The notes below the pieces were generated by a model. It saw nothing but the letters and a program-made list of their open reading frames with translations, had not been told where the DNA came from and did not search any database. Below are positions 13,770-28,498 of a stretch of DNA of 64,000 nucleotides, piece after piece (within the stretch, counting starts at the first letter, position 1; each line of letters opens with the position of its first letter). The stretch is from Octopus sinensis (lineage: Eukaryota), in contig NC_043014.1 of NCBI RefSeq assembly GCF_006345805.1, positions 19,840,001-19,904,000 on the forward strand, in the 5' to 3' direction. Both the position numbers and the translations under genes were made by a program.

Positions 13770-15076
13770 ATATATTATGCATATACATAACAGGTTTCCA
13801 CACAGTTTCTTTCTCCAAGTTCAGATATAAAACGTTGGTCAGAATGGCATTTCTTTGGTTACACACACACACAAAGACACACATACACACGCTCACATAT
13901 ACACACGAATGCACATACATAGATATTGTAGTAGACCAAAGTTTTGCAATATTTTGGGTAACTTATTTGCTTTATTCGCAACAAAGGCAGCTTTGCCTTC
14001 AAAGTAGAGATCGTCGTGTTGCATTGTCTGAAGCCTCCTTTTTGCAGTTACCAGTTCTTGTCTTGTGATCTGCTTCACTGAAGCTTCCACCACTTCTTGG
14101 TCAATGAAGCGTCAAGGGTGGAGAAAGAGAGCAACTGATCGGAACAAGTAATAATCCAAGTAAGCTAGGTCTGGAATTCATGCTGGATATGGCACCAGTT
14201 CGATTCCCTCAAGTTCCTGAAGTTTATTCCGAGTCGTTCTAGCAGTGTAATGTTATGTGTTGTGTTGTTGAAGGAGAACTCGTTTTCTGTTAACCAAGGC
14301 CGGCTGCTTTTGCCGCTCAGTGGAATGTATCTCTGAGATGAACAGCTCACCTGATACTCTCCGAGTGCTACTCGCTGGATTTACTTATCTGGCTCGGAGC
14401 AAGGTCTCGGAATCCACAGTTTTAGGCCTAATCATCGAGGATTTCACAAACTGAACGAAATTTCCTGGTTGCCGTATTGTGATTACGCTGACGTTGACGA
14501 TGACGATGACGACGACGACGACAATGATGATTGTGATGATGATGGCTATTTTGATAACAGTAGATACGAAGTAAACAGCGCCAGATAAAATGTAATTCGT
14601 TGTTATGTTATGGTGCCTTTATACTCTGCGATCAAGACCCGTCGAAGTAAACTTAAATTTTTCACTCCTCTTGTATGGCTGAAACAAGTAGGCGTAATAT
14701 ATTGTGGGATCTTGAGTCGATTGCAGCTCTCCTTCACTTTATCCTTGTGCCAGAAATCTTTCACTTTAATCTGGTATCAGTAATAAGTAATTATTTCATT
14801 TAGCATTGTTATACCAATCTCAGTCAGCAAATAACAACGAGACTTTATTAATTTTAATCAATTTTAATTAAGTAAAGACACTCATGGCGACGAGAAAGAA
14901 GTATGATAATATTCAATTATGGTTAAGGAAAATCAGCGGCTGACAACTCTGAAATTCTAGTTAATTTGACGAGGAGAGAGATTCATCTAGGTACGAAGGC
15001 TGAAATGTGTCTGCTGTAGATATGCTTCAGTCTCTTTAGCTCTTCTCAGCAGTTTTGCCAGCCTAAGATGAATCGG

Positions 15077-15430
15077 TGCAGGTACGGGTGTGTGGTTAGA
15101 AGCATGCCTCTCAACCACATGGCTCCGGATTCAGGGTCACTGCGTAGCATCATGTGCGAGTGTCTTTCAACCCTCTTCTTTCTACAAGTCCCCCACACCC
15201 ATACACACACACGCGCACACACTGTACAGATAAACACAAACATATCTAACAGACGCTAGTCACACACGGCGCAACACATACACAAAAATATACCAGCTGC
15301 ACACGCAAGACACACACACATACACGAGGCGACCGTAACCTAGTGAGTGGATTTGTTTGACGGAAACTGAAAGAAGCCCGTCGTATATAAATGCATATAA
15401 GTGTGTGCTTGCGTGCGTGTGTGTGTTTAT
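15077..15430 (+). mobile_element. SINE family A 5' part carrying a ~160-bp foreign insert
   Basis: Head 15077-15165, resumes gtgagtggatttg at ~15343. Confidence 0.75.
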
Positions 15431-15470
15431 ACGTACACAGAGAAACAGGCAAATACATAGATATATAGAC

Positions 15471-15512
<42 letters not shown>

Positions 15513-16002
15513 GAGAGAGAGAGAGTTTCTTTTGTGAATATACACTGCGTGACAGGATTGTCTAAATATGGAACTAGGACAATGGAAATTTATCTATTTA
15601 TAGCATAAACCTGATATTTTATATAAAATTGTTATTGTTATCGTACCCCTTGCTGTTTATGTTAAACTTCAAATCTGCTCTGAATTAGTGGGGCAATGAT
15701 CAGTGCACTTCGTCCGTGGTTATTTAGTCTTTGGTTTCAGATATGGTTTATCTAGTACTATGTCATTCAACGTAACGGGAAAATAGTGGAATCCGTAGAA
15801 CGTCCAATAGAATATCTTGGAGTATTTGCTACAGCACTTCGACCGCTGTTTTCAAATGCCACTTAAGTACTCATTCACCTTTGTCTATCTCATGGTCTAT
15901 AAATAAAGTGTCAGTGAAGGGTGAGGGAACTGGAGATGATCTGCAGTGTTTCTTCCGATTCCGGAAGTTAAGGTCTGATAGCAACACCTCCGACCGTACA
16001 TC

Positions 16003-16205
16003 GACGGCACTGCGACGACATTCTGAAGCAACACATCACTGAGATGGCACTGTGACAACACAGCATTACGACGGTACTACGACGGCACAGCGACGGCACA
16101 GCGGCGGCACAGCGACTGTCCTGCGACGGTACTGCAACAACATCACGATGATACTGCGGCGATACTGCGGTGACTTTGGAGCGATACTGCAGCCACAGTA
16201 CGATG
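16003..16205. repeat. Imperfect 11-bp GC-rich minisatellite (consensus ~GACGGCACTGC)
   Basis: Units such as gacggtactac gacggcacagc gacggcacagc ggcggcacagc gactgtcctgc gacggtactgc. Confidence 0.85.
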
Positions 16206-17169
16206 ATTTCATACCGATCCGTGGCTTTGTAGACAGAAAAGATGCAAACATAGGCAACTTCTCATCTATAACAAAAATAAATAATAATGATAATAAGAAC
16301 AGCAACATGCAACCAAAGGAAAACTCTTTCGTTTGTCTGCCTCTTAGAAAGAATATTTCCAACCGTAGAAGCAGGGTTTTATGAAACTAACGGAAGTCTT
16401 GCATTTTAGGAAGGTCTTCTTAATTCATTAAATCCTGCCGATAATAACTCGGGGCAGCTTTAGCTTCTATTTCTAGACAAGGGTAGTGAATATGTAGTGA
16501 TTCAATTGTTGATTTGCTATTTGTTAATTATGTGTCGATGATGAGGGAAACGGTGGTGTTGTTGAGAATGTATTTTTAACAAAAAAATCAATTGTCTGTA
16601 ACAATGCATCTCATCAGCTTTGTTCATTCGGAGCAGTTTGTTGTAGCCAGTGGCAAACGTTTTTGTTTATGGGTGTACCATGCGCGCGCGCGAGTGTGTG
16701 TGTGTATGTGTGTCAGTCCTGTTTGCGTGTGTAGTCATGTGTGTATGTGTGCGTGTGATTGCGTATACGGAGTTGTGCACGCCACTTACATGCATGTGTT
16801 TCTATGTGTGTGTGCGGAGGAGCAGAGGAAGGCTGGTGTATTGTTCATACGCGTGTGCGTGTGAGTGATGTGTTTGTGTGTGTTTTGAGTGTGCAACTGG
16901 TATAGTTTATGTGTATGTGTTGTGCCGTGTGTGACTAGCGTATATATGTTTGTGTTTATACAGTGTGCGCGTGTATGTGTATGTGTGTGTGTGCGTGTAT
17001 GTGTGTGTGTGTGTATTTGGGTGTGGGTGGACTTGTAGGTAGAGGGGGTTGAAGGTATGTACACTTGTGTACGTATGTAAAGGGAAGTGGAGGGTGGGGA
17101 GATGGGGAAAGGAAGGTATGTTTTGTTTCAAGTACTGTCTAGAACGAGAACAGTGAAAGAAGGAGTGGA

Positions 17170-17285
17170 GAAGAAGACGAAGAAGAAGAAGAAGAAGAAG
17201 AAGAAGAAGAAGAAGAAGAAGAAGAAGAAGAAGAAGAAGAAGAAGAAGAAGAAGAAGAAGAAGAAGAAGAAGAAGAAGAAGAAGA
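17170..17285. repeat. (GAA)n microsatellite
   Basis: Seen directly. Confidence 0.98.
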
Positions 17286-17574
17286 CTGCGATGATGACGA
17301 TGCAGTTGATAAAAATAAAGAAAATTAGTTATAATTAAACCAAAATGGCACTGAATTAGGGGAAGTTGGGTCTTGGTCGATTATATCGACCCATAGCTGT
17401 TGATTAGTATCTATTTAAGTTCATCCCGCTGGAATAATGTGAAGGGGAGGGAGACATGCAGCAAATGCGTCGTTAGGTCGAAAAAATAACTCTTAGGAAT
17501 TGGTGGAAGAAAACAAACAACAACGACAATAACAACAGCAACGGAAACGACGAGGACAATAATATTAATAATAA

Positions 17575-17785
17575 ACATTTCTAATTAAGGTACAAGGACT
17601 GAAATTTTACAGGAGGGGAGTAGTCCATTACATCGACCCTGGTGTTTGGCTGGTAATTCATTTAATGACCTCACCCAAAATGACGAACGGCTAAGACGAC
17701 CTCAGCGGAATTTGAACTCAGAATGTTAAGACGGACCAAATGCCAATAACTGTTTACCCGATGTGCTAACGATTCTACCAGCTGG
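17575..17785 (-). mobile_element. SINE family B, degenerate monomer
   Basis: cggaatttgaactcagaatg ... gtgctaacgattctaccagct. Confidence 0.75.
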
Positions 17786-17841
17786 AATCACCAGCTGGAA
17801 ACAGAATAACAATAATAATAATAATAATAGTAGTAGTAGTG

Positions 17842-17914
<73 letters not shown>

Positions 17915-17916
<2 letters not shown>

Positions 17917-18450
17917 CCAAGCAGTGGCTCTCCCGGCTTTTGATCTTTACTGACTGGAAGTGTTATCAGGTACATGCTTTATCTTGGTGTAAAAGATGGG
18001 CCGCAGCAAATATTCTGCCTCATACCACAGCCAGTTGTCAGTTGCTTGACCTTCACCAGTGGACCATGTTCCTTCGTGGCTGACGACATGCGCATCTCTG
18101 ATCACGAGCAAAATTAGTGGAGGAGTATCATAGCCATGCGTTGAGATGAGTTCTTTAAGGTTTGAATAATTTACTTCAGGAAATACGGGTGTTTCGTTCA
18201 ACATCCTTAAGCAAACCTTGTTCGGGGACCTTTAGAGCGGGGTGGGATACTCGACCTGAAGACAATTCCAACTGGTTCACACCTGAAGGTTAATGCGCTG
18301 TTTATCTCGATATGAGCTCACCATGTCGTGCACATATGGTTGTAAAGTATATGTTTGGTGTACACTTATCAGATGAGTAGTCATTATGGGTATATTTGTA
18401 CCCTAGTGTCACTTTGATGGTATGCACTGCTCTCTCACTTAATGATAATA
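17915..18450 (+). mobile_element. Non-coding repeat family C, next to a trinucleotide tract
   Basis: Reverse complement of 22533-23010; follows (AAT)(AGT)n and ends tgcactgctctctcactt-aatgataataat. Confidence 0.85.
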
Positions 18451-19189
18451 ATAGTAATGACCATGAATTCAAATTTAGTCACAAGGCTACAAATTTGGGG
18501 CAGCAGATAAGTTGATTACGTCGACCCCCAGTGCTCAACTGCTACTTATTTTATCGAGAGAGAGAGAGAATGTGTGTGGGAGAGAGAGCATATAGTTCTT
18601 AGAAACAGAATTTGAGCAAAAAACAAACATACAGTCAGTACACAGAAGAAATAAATGTAACCCTCGCATATCAGTGTGAGAAGCTTCCCCCTGTTGGAGT
18701 TTAGGGTGCCCAAAGTTTCTAGCCAGTCTTTGTTGAACTTTAGTAAATTAGGTCATCTGAATCGCTCTTGGGCATGTTCCGCTATAGCTTGAAGAATGCT
18801 ACTAATTCAGGGCGGTGATCCATTTACGAGAGAATAGACTCCTGATGTGACTTTTAATGCCTTACCTTTCCTTTCCTGTCAATACTATTTTTTTATTCCA
18901 TGCGTTCGTCATAAATCGATCAAGTTCTTATTACTGCTCCGAATCTCTATGAAGCACAGTAAGCCCAGATATACTCCAATGTTCCTCACTTCGTGAAGAA
19001 CTTCTGCCTTATAGTATATTTTTGAGATTTTTGTTTCCCATTAATATCATTAAACGTTCACTGACTATTTCTCGACCATTTTTAATTCTCGTTCGCCTTT
19101 TCATCACTGCAAGACGACACGGTAAGAACACCTTACCTAGTCTCAAATCGACTCTGATCTTCACAGAAACCTCCAGCTTCTTGGCACCA

Positions 19190-19560
19190 AATCTATGATT
19201 CTGAAAGCGATACCGTTTGGGGTCTTAGACTCCTAGTAGAGCCACCCATGGCGGCAAGGTCAAGGATAAGATCCCGGACTAAGCAAGACCAAAAACCAAT
19301 ATCGAGACCCCAACGGCGAAGCAGGCGGCGGAGGACTATCTGAAGTCCCCAAAGATTGACTCCGGCCAAAGAGGGCAACGCCTGGCGGGTAGGCGCGACA
19401 AAGACGGATAGACTCCGGCAGCTCGCTGCAACCAGCCTCATCAAGACTGCATGTCTCAATTCTTGAGCAGCAATGGAAAAGTTCTTGGCCAAGTGAGTGC
19501 GCGTGGCCGTCGCGCAGCCTCGATCACCTCAAACAATTTATTCAGCGAATGGCTTCGTCT
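19190..19560 (+). mobile_element. Probable RTE-clade LINE 5' region
   Basis: GC-rich block ggggtcttagactcctagtagagccacccatggcggcaaggtc...ccggactaa resembles RTE/Rex3-type 5' UTRs, recognised from memory only. Confidence 0.4.
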
Positions 19561-19659
19561 TTCTTATCTGTCTCAAAAAGCTGGAACAAGTAAGACGTGT
19601 TCTTGTCTGTCTGCTGTCCAAGCTTGATTTACAAGTTCACCACCACAACCTCGTTTAGG

Positions 19660-19980
19660 CTTAGCAGCCCTTCCTGTTTGTTTTCAATGTCCTGTTTGTA
19701 TTACCAATTTTGACCCTCCGAAAAATCCCAAATTTTATTTTATTTGCTTTGTGTGAACAACTCTTTTATCGAAAGCGTTTATTGTTGTTAAATGCACGAA
19801 ATATGAAAGTAGAAAAACAGCCAATGACTGATGAAGGGTCGCTCTATGTGTTGCTTGTCTTGTTTTTTTGCATTTGTGTCTTTCGTTGTTCGAGAAAATA
19901 GTTAATATTCCACGTACTTGTACTTCGTATTTTTTGTTATACACCTTTCATGACGTCCTGTGCCCAGCCGACAATTGCAT
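19660..19980 (+). mobile_element. Probable Penelope-like pLTR fragment
   Basis: T-rich segment with an isolated CTGATGAAGG, ending in (TA)n like the other hammerhead elements. Confidence 0.35.
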
Positions 19981-20186
19981 ATATATATATATATTATATA
20001 TATTCGTTGTTAAAAAAAGTCCGATTCCTTGTTTGATTTTATGTTTTCGTTTCTCGCTGTGTTCTACGTTATTTGTGGTGTCCTGTACTCATATGTGCAT
20101 GTCTATATACATATAGATGTAGGTATGTACATATATGTATGTATGTATGTATGTGTGTATGCATATGTTTTATTTATTAAATTGTT

Positions 20187-20249
<63 letters not shown>

Positions 20250-21121
20250 GTAGAATATAATTCCAAAGAACGAACGTTATACATACTAGGTAATAAAATA
20301 AACGTTTACGTATTTCAGAACATTTGATGGTGAAAAATACCACTAAAAATTTTGCGTTCATTAAGTAATCTTAAACGCAATCGCCCTCCAAGCGGAGATC
20401 CATAAACGCATGCGACCACAGTAAACAACAGCAAGAAGAAATATCAACATCAGCAACAGCAGTAGTTATAACAAGATAATGGTGGCGATGGTAATATATG
20501 CCATAGTTTAAATAACAAAACACAGATTATTATGACATAATAGAATATATTAATCTTTATAGAATAATACATCATATATAAATATATGATATGGTTCAAT
20601 ACAATATAATGTAACATAATGATATATATATAACGTATAATTTATTATAATATTAAATATGTTATATAATGTAAAATAATATGAAGTTTTAGAATAGAAT
20701 ATACTATAAACACTATATCATTATACCAAATAATGAAATATATAATAATATACATTATTGAATAAAATATACAAATAAACACAAAATTAGATGAAAGAAA
20801 CTTGAAAGAAACACAAACTTACACATAAGAATATGAAAATTAATTAATGGTAGGAAAAATGGCAAAAATATAAACACTGTTGTTTGAAGACAAATGCAGA
20901 TCAAAGAACTTTCTAGACAAGAGAGAACTGGAAGAAAAATTAATGAATCTTATTGAAAGAAGAAAAAGCCAATGCAAATTTTATTATGGTCCTTGAGCAA
21001 ACGTCGTTAAAAAAGGGTATATTATGTTTTTAAACAGCTTAGTAACAACAGCAACAACAAAAACACCGATTACAAAACGAAATTATTATTATTATTGTTA
21101 TTCTTATTCTTCTTCTTCTTC

Positions 21122-21155
<34 letters not shown>

Positions 21156-21164
21156 TACTACTAC

Positions 21165-21239
<75 letters not shown>

Positions 21240-21240
<1 letters not shown>

Positions 21241-22150
21241 GTGTTATGTTCTGGTTACGCTTTAATTTAAACGAGTTGCATCGAAGTCTCCCAGGTACAA
21301 CAGAGTTTTGCATCAGGAGATGGTAACAAATGAGCTGCTATCCATGTAATCGAAACAGAATGTGTAAGGCTGCATTTGCATGGAATGAAATGTGCACCAT
21401 CTTTTAGAACTCGCTACTTTTGGAGCTGTCAGAGATTTGATCCAAACACTTGTTTGCTCCCCTTGTGATCATTCCAAGTGCCCCAGTAATAATAGGTAAT
21501 GTTGCTGTTTTGATACGCCACATTCTCCCAATTTCAAACACCAGGTTGTTATTGTTGTTGTTGTTGTTGTTGTCGTCGTCGTCGTCGTTGTTGTTGTTTT
21601 CAAACATTTTCAGAGACGTTTTTTTGTCGGCTGGGGTTGCAGCACCAATCAGAAGACAAGTCTTTTCAATATGATTTTTCACAATGATATCAGGGCGAGT
21701 TGCCTGCAGGTTTCCCGGTTTCCTTGGCGTATAGGTTCCCCACCTGGACGGGACGCCGGTCCGTCGCCGATGAGCTGCAAGATGCAGAAGGAAAGAGTGA
21801 GAGAATGTTGTGGCGAAAGAGTCAGCAAAAGTTCGCCATTACACGGAGCCGCGTGGAGCTTAGGTCTTTCGATCATAAACACACACATCGCCCGGTCTGA
21901 GATTCGAACCCCACGATCAGTCCGCACACTGGAATTCTAAATGATGATAATCTCGGCATTCTGAGCAACTTGTGGTGGCTTGTGTTCCTGTCAATTGTTA
22001 TCGTGAAGGAGGTTGTATCTGCAGCACGTTGTCCTGTGTATCTACAGAACTGCTTTCATGTAATGACATTCTGAGTATTCTTTTGGTGCTAGTCAACTGC
22101 AGGTATCCAGAGATTATGTGAAAGATTGGCTCTGAATGCTCTCTGCATAT
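21240..22150 (-). pseudogene. Decayed 3' fragment of R4/Dong LINE (zinc knuckle plus RLE endonuclease)
   Basis: CREHSEPIFHIISG; KTCLLIGAATPAD..EIGRMWRIKTATLPIITGALGMI, homologous to the C-termini of the two long LINEs; ends in (AAT)n; interrupted by SINE D and a microsatellite. Confidence 0.85.
21690..21920 (-). mobile_element. tRNA-SINE family D, partial
   Basis: Reverse complement of 23820-24045. Confidence 0.9.
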
Positions 22151-22532
22151 TATTATCATTATCATCATTATCATGATCAATGTTGTTGTTTTTGTTGTTA
22201 TTGCTGCTGTTTTACTTTTCAGAACGCTCGGCCTTGTTTGTTCTGGTAGATTTTGTGAGAGCGGACAGCTGCCTGCTGTCAGAGGTCTCAGAGGCTCTCT
22301 TTCAGCACATTATACGCTTTGATACTTGGTTGATGTTATTATTATTTCTGTTAATCTTTTTTACACTGGTTCTTCCAAGATTAAAAAATTGCAGTTTTAA
22401 CGTTCTACTGTATGTCTTGTTTACGAGTAAGAATGATATATTGTAAGAGAAGTATAGCAAGATTTCGTTGTTATTATCATTATTATTGTTGTTGTAGTTG
22501 TTGTTGTTATTATGATTATTATTATTATTATT

Positions 22533-23010
22533 ATTGAGTGAGAGAGCAGTTCATGCCATCAAAGTGACACTGGGGTAAAATATACGAAGCCCAATATACC
22601 CATCATGACTACCCGTCTGATAAGGGCACACCAGGCACATGCATCACAACCATATGTGTGCGACATGGTGATCTCATATCAAGATAAACAGCACATGACC
22701 TTGCAGGTGGGGCCCAGTTAGAATTTTCTTCAGGTTGAGTAGCCCATCCCGCTCAAATGGTCCCTGAATAAGGGTTGTTTAAGGATGTTGAAAGAACCAC
22801 CCATGTTTCCAGAGGTGAATTATTCAAACCCCAAAGAATCCCTCTCAACACATGGCTATGATGCTCCCCCACTACTTCTGCTCGTGATCAGAGATGCACA
22901 CATCGTCAGCCACTAAGGGACATGCTCAACTGGTTAAGCTCAAACAACTGACAAGCAAATCTGTGGTATTGAGCAGAATATTTGCTGTAGCCCATCTTTT
23001 ATACCAAGAC
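22533..23010 (-). mobile_element. Repeat family C
   Basis: Homologous to 17915-18450 and 33663-33920; (TTA)n on both sides. Confidence 0.88.
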
Positions 23011-23023
23011 ATTATTATTATTA

Positions 23024-23780
<757 letters not shown>

Positions 23781-23782
23781 GT

Positions 23783-24081
23783 GGAGGCACATGTCCTAGT
23801 GGTTAGAGCAGCGAACTCGCGGTCGAGGGATCGCGGGTTCGAATCTCAGACCGGGCGATGTGTGTGTTTATGAGCGAAACACCTAAGCTCCACGCGGCTC
23901 CGGCAGAAGGTAATGGCGAACTTCTGCTGACTCTTTCGCCACAACTTTCTCTCACTCTTTCCTCCTGCATCTTGCAGCTCATCTGCGATAGACCGGCGTC
24001 CCGTCCAGGTGGGGAACCTATACGCGAAGGAAACCGGAAAACCGGCCCTTATGAGCCAGGCGTGGCTCGAGAAGGAACAAA
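23783..24081 (+). mobile_element. tRNA-SINE family D, full length with 8-bp TSD
   Basis: A box tagtggttaga, B box ggttcgaatc, V-domain-like ctgcgatagaccggcgtcccgtccagg; TSD CAACTCGT at 23775-23782 and 24082-24089. Confidence 0.92.
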
Positions 24082-24708
24082 CAACTCGTTTAAAAAGTTG
24101 TCTTCGTCATGTTGAGGAATGTAGCCTTCGAAGCAATATGCGAAAACAGGAGTAACTGTAAAGGTTGGAAACGGCGATGGAGGAACAGAAACGAATACAC
24201 AATGAAGTTCTAAATAAGCAATCGATTTGTTAGTTGTATAGATACTTAACCAATTGACTAATGATACAGAAATGAAATTGAACTTGTGCGTGTGTTATTG
24301 GCGTAATGACTTCCCCAAGAAACAACAGAATAAGGTGGTCCTCCAGCATGGCCGCTGGCAAATGACTGAAACAAGTAAAATAATAAAAGAATATATATAC
24401 ACACACACACACTCACACATATACATAACTATATATATATGTATATAATTATATGTATGTATATGTATATATGTATATGTTTATATATATATATATAGAT
24501 ATATGTAAATATGTATGTATGTATGTATATGTTTATATATATAAATACATCAATATTTATATACACTCTTTTATTCATGTTAGAGTGTGAGCCTGGCTGA
24601 ATGTATGAACTGATGTTTGTGTTCAAATTCACACGCATACACACACGCATATACATGTATATACGTGCATAGCTAAATATAAATGTATATGTGTGTGCAT
24701 GTGTGTGT

Positions 24709-24761
<53 letters not shown>

Positions 24762-24977
24762 TGTGTGTGTGTGCGTGTGTGTGTGGTTGTGTATTCCTAT
24801 AATTCTTCTTCTTTCATCTGAGATGTGTTGTCTGATAATTTCTTATACACTTGAAAGTGATTATTTCCTGAAGTGTGTATTGGAAGGGCGAGAGAGAGAG
24901 GGAGAGAGGAGGGAGTGAGAGAGAGAGAGTGAGAGAGATAGAGACAAAGAGAGAGAAAGTGAGAAAGATTTACAAGC

Positions 24978-25011
<34 letters not shown>

Positions 25012-25359
25012 TGATAACCAGAGTGACACGATAGGCAAACAAGCAAGGAGAGAGTATGTAACAATGAGTAAGAGAACTTGAGGTAGACGATTAGCGCTCG
25101 TAGTCTCCTTCTCACGTTTTTGTAGCCTCATTTGTTTTCGATGTTCTGTTATATGCGTATTTTTATTTTTCCTAAAGTTTGGAGGTGGTGCCGTCATATT
25201 GTTGTCATTCATCTTCAGTCGTTTGTACTTGAGGAAGTAACTAAAATTCGTTGTTATCTAACAACATGATCGGGAAAAAAATAGGACAAAATATTTATAC
25301 TCACGTTTATACAGATATGTGAATATGTGTGAGTGTGCGTATGTATATATACATACATA

Positions 25360-25402
<43 letters not shown>

Positions 25403-25894
25403 GTACACACACACATATACACACATATTCATGTCTGTATACATGTATGTGAATATGAGTGGGTCTCAGAGGAAGTGTGTTTTAGAGATAGAGATCCTAA
25501 TTCTTTAATACACCATATAACATAGAAAGCTATAAGCAATTCCTTATAAGAATGTATTATTCTCCTGGCCTCGTTCTCATATACATTAAATCAGCAAATC
25601 AGCGCCATTTCAACCTAGTTCGGTATCGATCACCTTCGATGTAGTTTGTAATATTTGTGTCCACATATTTAACCAGACTACTTATCTGTATACAAATAAT
25701 GCTACAATCTTTAAACCGCTTTACGAAAGACAACAGTGTACGAATCACATTGTGTATTGTATCGATGATAAATATGATTACTTCTCTATGATTTCATAGT
25801 TATATCTAAATAAAATGTTTTACAAATGGATACGATTGGAATGAAAGTTCTTCTCTGAAATTAACCCCCTCCATCCGCTCTCTGTCTCAGTCTA

Positions 25895-26100
25895 CTCAAC
25901 TGGCAAAAATAAGTGATACCTGCATTTCAAAGAGCCAACCTTGTCTCATTCTCTGTCACGCTGAATCTTCTAATTAACTACACTAAGTGTACACGTGTCT
26001 GTGGAATGCTCATCCACTTGTAGGTTAATTTTACGAGCAAGCTGTTCCGTTGATTGGATCACCTGGAATCCTGGTCGTCGTAACTCACGGAGTGCCAGTT
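25895..26100 (+). mobile_element. Probable SINE 3' portion (another family)
   Basis: Complex block ...gtacacgtgtctgtggaatgctc...ttaattttacgagc...cggagtgcca resembling a cephalopod repeat from memory; single copy in the window. Confidence 0.4.
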
Positions 26101-26584
26101 TAAATGCCAGATTTATAGTAATTATCTCCACTTCAGATGACAATTGCGACTAACTCCAAAACGAGAAGAAATTCTTGAAAACCGACATACCATTAAAGAA
26201 TAGGTTATTAACCCTTCTAACTAGCAAAGTCAACGGCAGCAAAGTCCACATCAACAACGAGCATTTACAATTGTTTCTAATCTAAGCATAAGGACCGCAA
26301 TTTTGGGGTGTCGGTTTGAATTGACCCCAGAAGAGATTAAAGGGCAATAGAATATGAACTGAGAAGATATCACAAAGGGTTAATTAGGTCTATTCTCCTA
26401 ATCTACTACTAGTACTGATATTACAACCATCACAACTACTACTACTACTACTACTACTACTAATACTACTTCTACAACTATTATTACTACTGCTACTACT
26501 ACTTCTAGCGCTGCTGTTTCTGCTACTACTACCACTACTACCATCACTAATACCACTAGTATTTCTGAAAGCAAAAATAAGAAT

Positions 26585-27139
26585 GCTTTCAAATTTTAGC
26601 ACAAGCCCAGCAATATTTGCTTGGTGGAAGGGGTTGGACTATTAAATCAACTGCAGTATCTAATTGATATTTACTGTAAAAACCACGGAAAGGTGAAAGG
26701 GAAAGTCAACTTCAGCTGCTTTTGAACTCAGATCGTACAGAGCCGGAAGAATATATACATTTATAAAAAAAATTTATTGCGCACGGGACAAATAGGGAGA
26801 AACAAAAGGAATAAGCCAATTACATCGACCCCAGTACCTAACTAGCACTTAATTAATTGACCCCGAATGGGTCAAAGGCAAGGTCAACGTCGGCTGAATT
26901 TGAACTCAGAACATAACGGCAGACGAAATACCTATTTCTTTACTACCCACAAGGGGCTAAACACAGAGAGGACAAACAAAGACAGACAAACGGATTAAGT
27001 CGATTATATCGACCCCAGTGCGTAACTGGTACTTATTTAATCGACCCCGAAAGGATGAAAGCTAAAGTCAACCTCGGCGGAATTTGAACTCAGAAGTATT
27101 TCGCCCGGCGTGCTAAAGTTTCTGCCAGCTCGGCGCCTT
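26585..27139 (-). mobile_element. SINE family B: degenerate monomer plus tandem dimer (26775-27139)
   Basis: Same dimer junction as 7365-7742. Confidence 0.88.
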
Positions 27140-27154
27140 AAAAAAGAATATGTG

Positions 27155-27208
<54 letters not shown>

Positions 27209-27209
27209 C

Positions 27210-27265
<56 letters not shown>

Positions 27266-27454
27266 GTGTGTTTGTGTGTAAATTGAACCCTACGATTGAC
27301 AATCCGGCGTAGCTCTAAGGTGTTATTCTAGCACTCAGCTACGAGTTCACCACAAATAGCAATAAGCTAAGGAATTTTATAAGATAACCGTTTTCCCCCT
27401 CTGTCACATCTTTCTTTCTTATTAATACTGCGTTATACATTACAAATATATTCT

Positions 27455-27630
27455 TTTCTACTCTAGGCACTAGGCCCGAAATTTTTGGAGAGGGGGCCAG
27501 TCGATTGGACCAACCCCAGTACGCAACTGGTACTTAACATATCGACTTCGAAAGGATGAGAGGCAAAGTCGATCTTGGTGGAATTTGAACTCAGAACGTA
27601 AAGACAATCGAAATAGGGCTAGGCATTTCA
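27455..27630 (-). mobile_element. SINE family B monomer
   Basis: gaaaggatgagaggcaaagtcga...gaatttgaactcagaacg. Confidence 0.8.
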
Positions 27631-28172
27631 CTAAGCAGTTTGGTTCGGGTACATACGTCTTAATGTTTCACGGGCCTCTAACAGACATTCGTTCCTTTTA
27701 AATATTTCATATATCTTCTATTAACTGTGTTGAGAATCTTTTTATTTTGTTTGGCCACTCGCTCATGCATATATACATCCATCCACCCATACATACATAC
27801 ATTATACATACATACATACATACATACATACATACATACATACATACATACATACAAATATATACGTGAGTGTGTATGTGAGTAAAACGAGGCATTTAAA
27901 CAAGTTATATCATTGGCTGTCAAATATATAAGATATAACATTGCAAAGAACGTTTAGTATGGAATTTGACCCAACAGGAAATACATCATATTGATTGATC
28001 GTTTGGTACCGGTAGAAATAAACACCACGCATGCGCACAATTTGCAAATGAAGACAGAAAAAATTATATATGCATGTGGACACGAGTGCGCACACACATA
28101 CACAAAAAACACAAGTAGATAGATTGACAGACACAGTTATAGACAGATAAATAGATAGATAGATAGATAGAT

Positions 28173-28240
<68 letters not shown>

Positions 28241-28281
28241 GATAAGATATATACTGAAAAACATAAATACATACATTCATA

Positions 28282-28329
<48 letters not shown>

Positions 28330-28455
28330 TTAGGTGGTGAGTGAAAAGCAGCTCTTACTCGTTTCAACTTTGATTTCTAAATAACGACCATGAATACGTT
28401 TTTATATTTCTCCCTATCAATTCAAATATATATATATTTGTGTGTATATATATAT

Positions 28456-28487
<32 letters not shown>

Positions 28488-28498
28488 ATATATATAAA

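Noticed and set aside
14351-14450. Minus-strand exon-like segment (ttcag acceptor, cag/gtgagc donor)
   Set aside because: Stops in all three frames and no recognisable protein; a non-coding exon cannot be shown without RNA data
16003-16205. CRISPR-like array
   Set aside because: Contiguous tandem units with no unique spacers; eukaryotic context
19826-19850. CTGATGAAGGG as a hammerhead
   Set aside because: No GAAA half or stem II downstream
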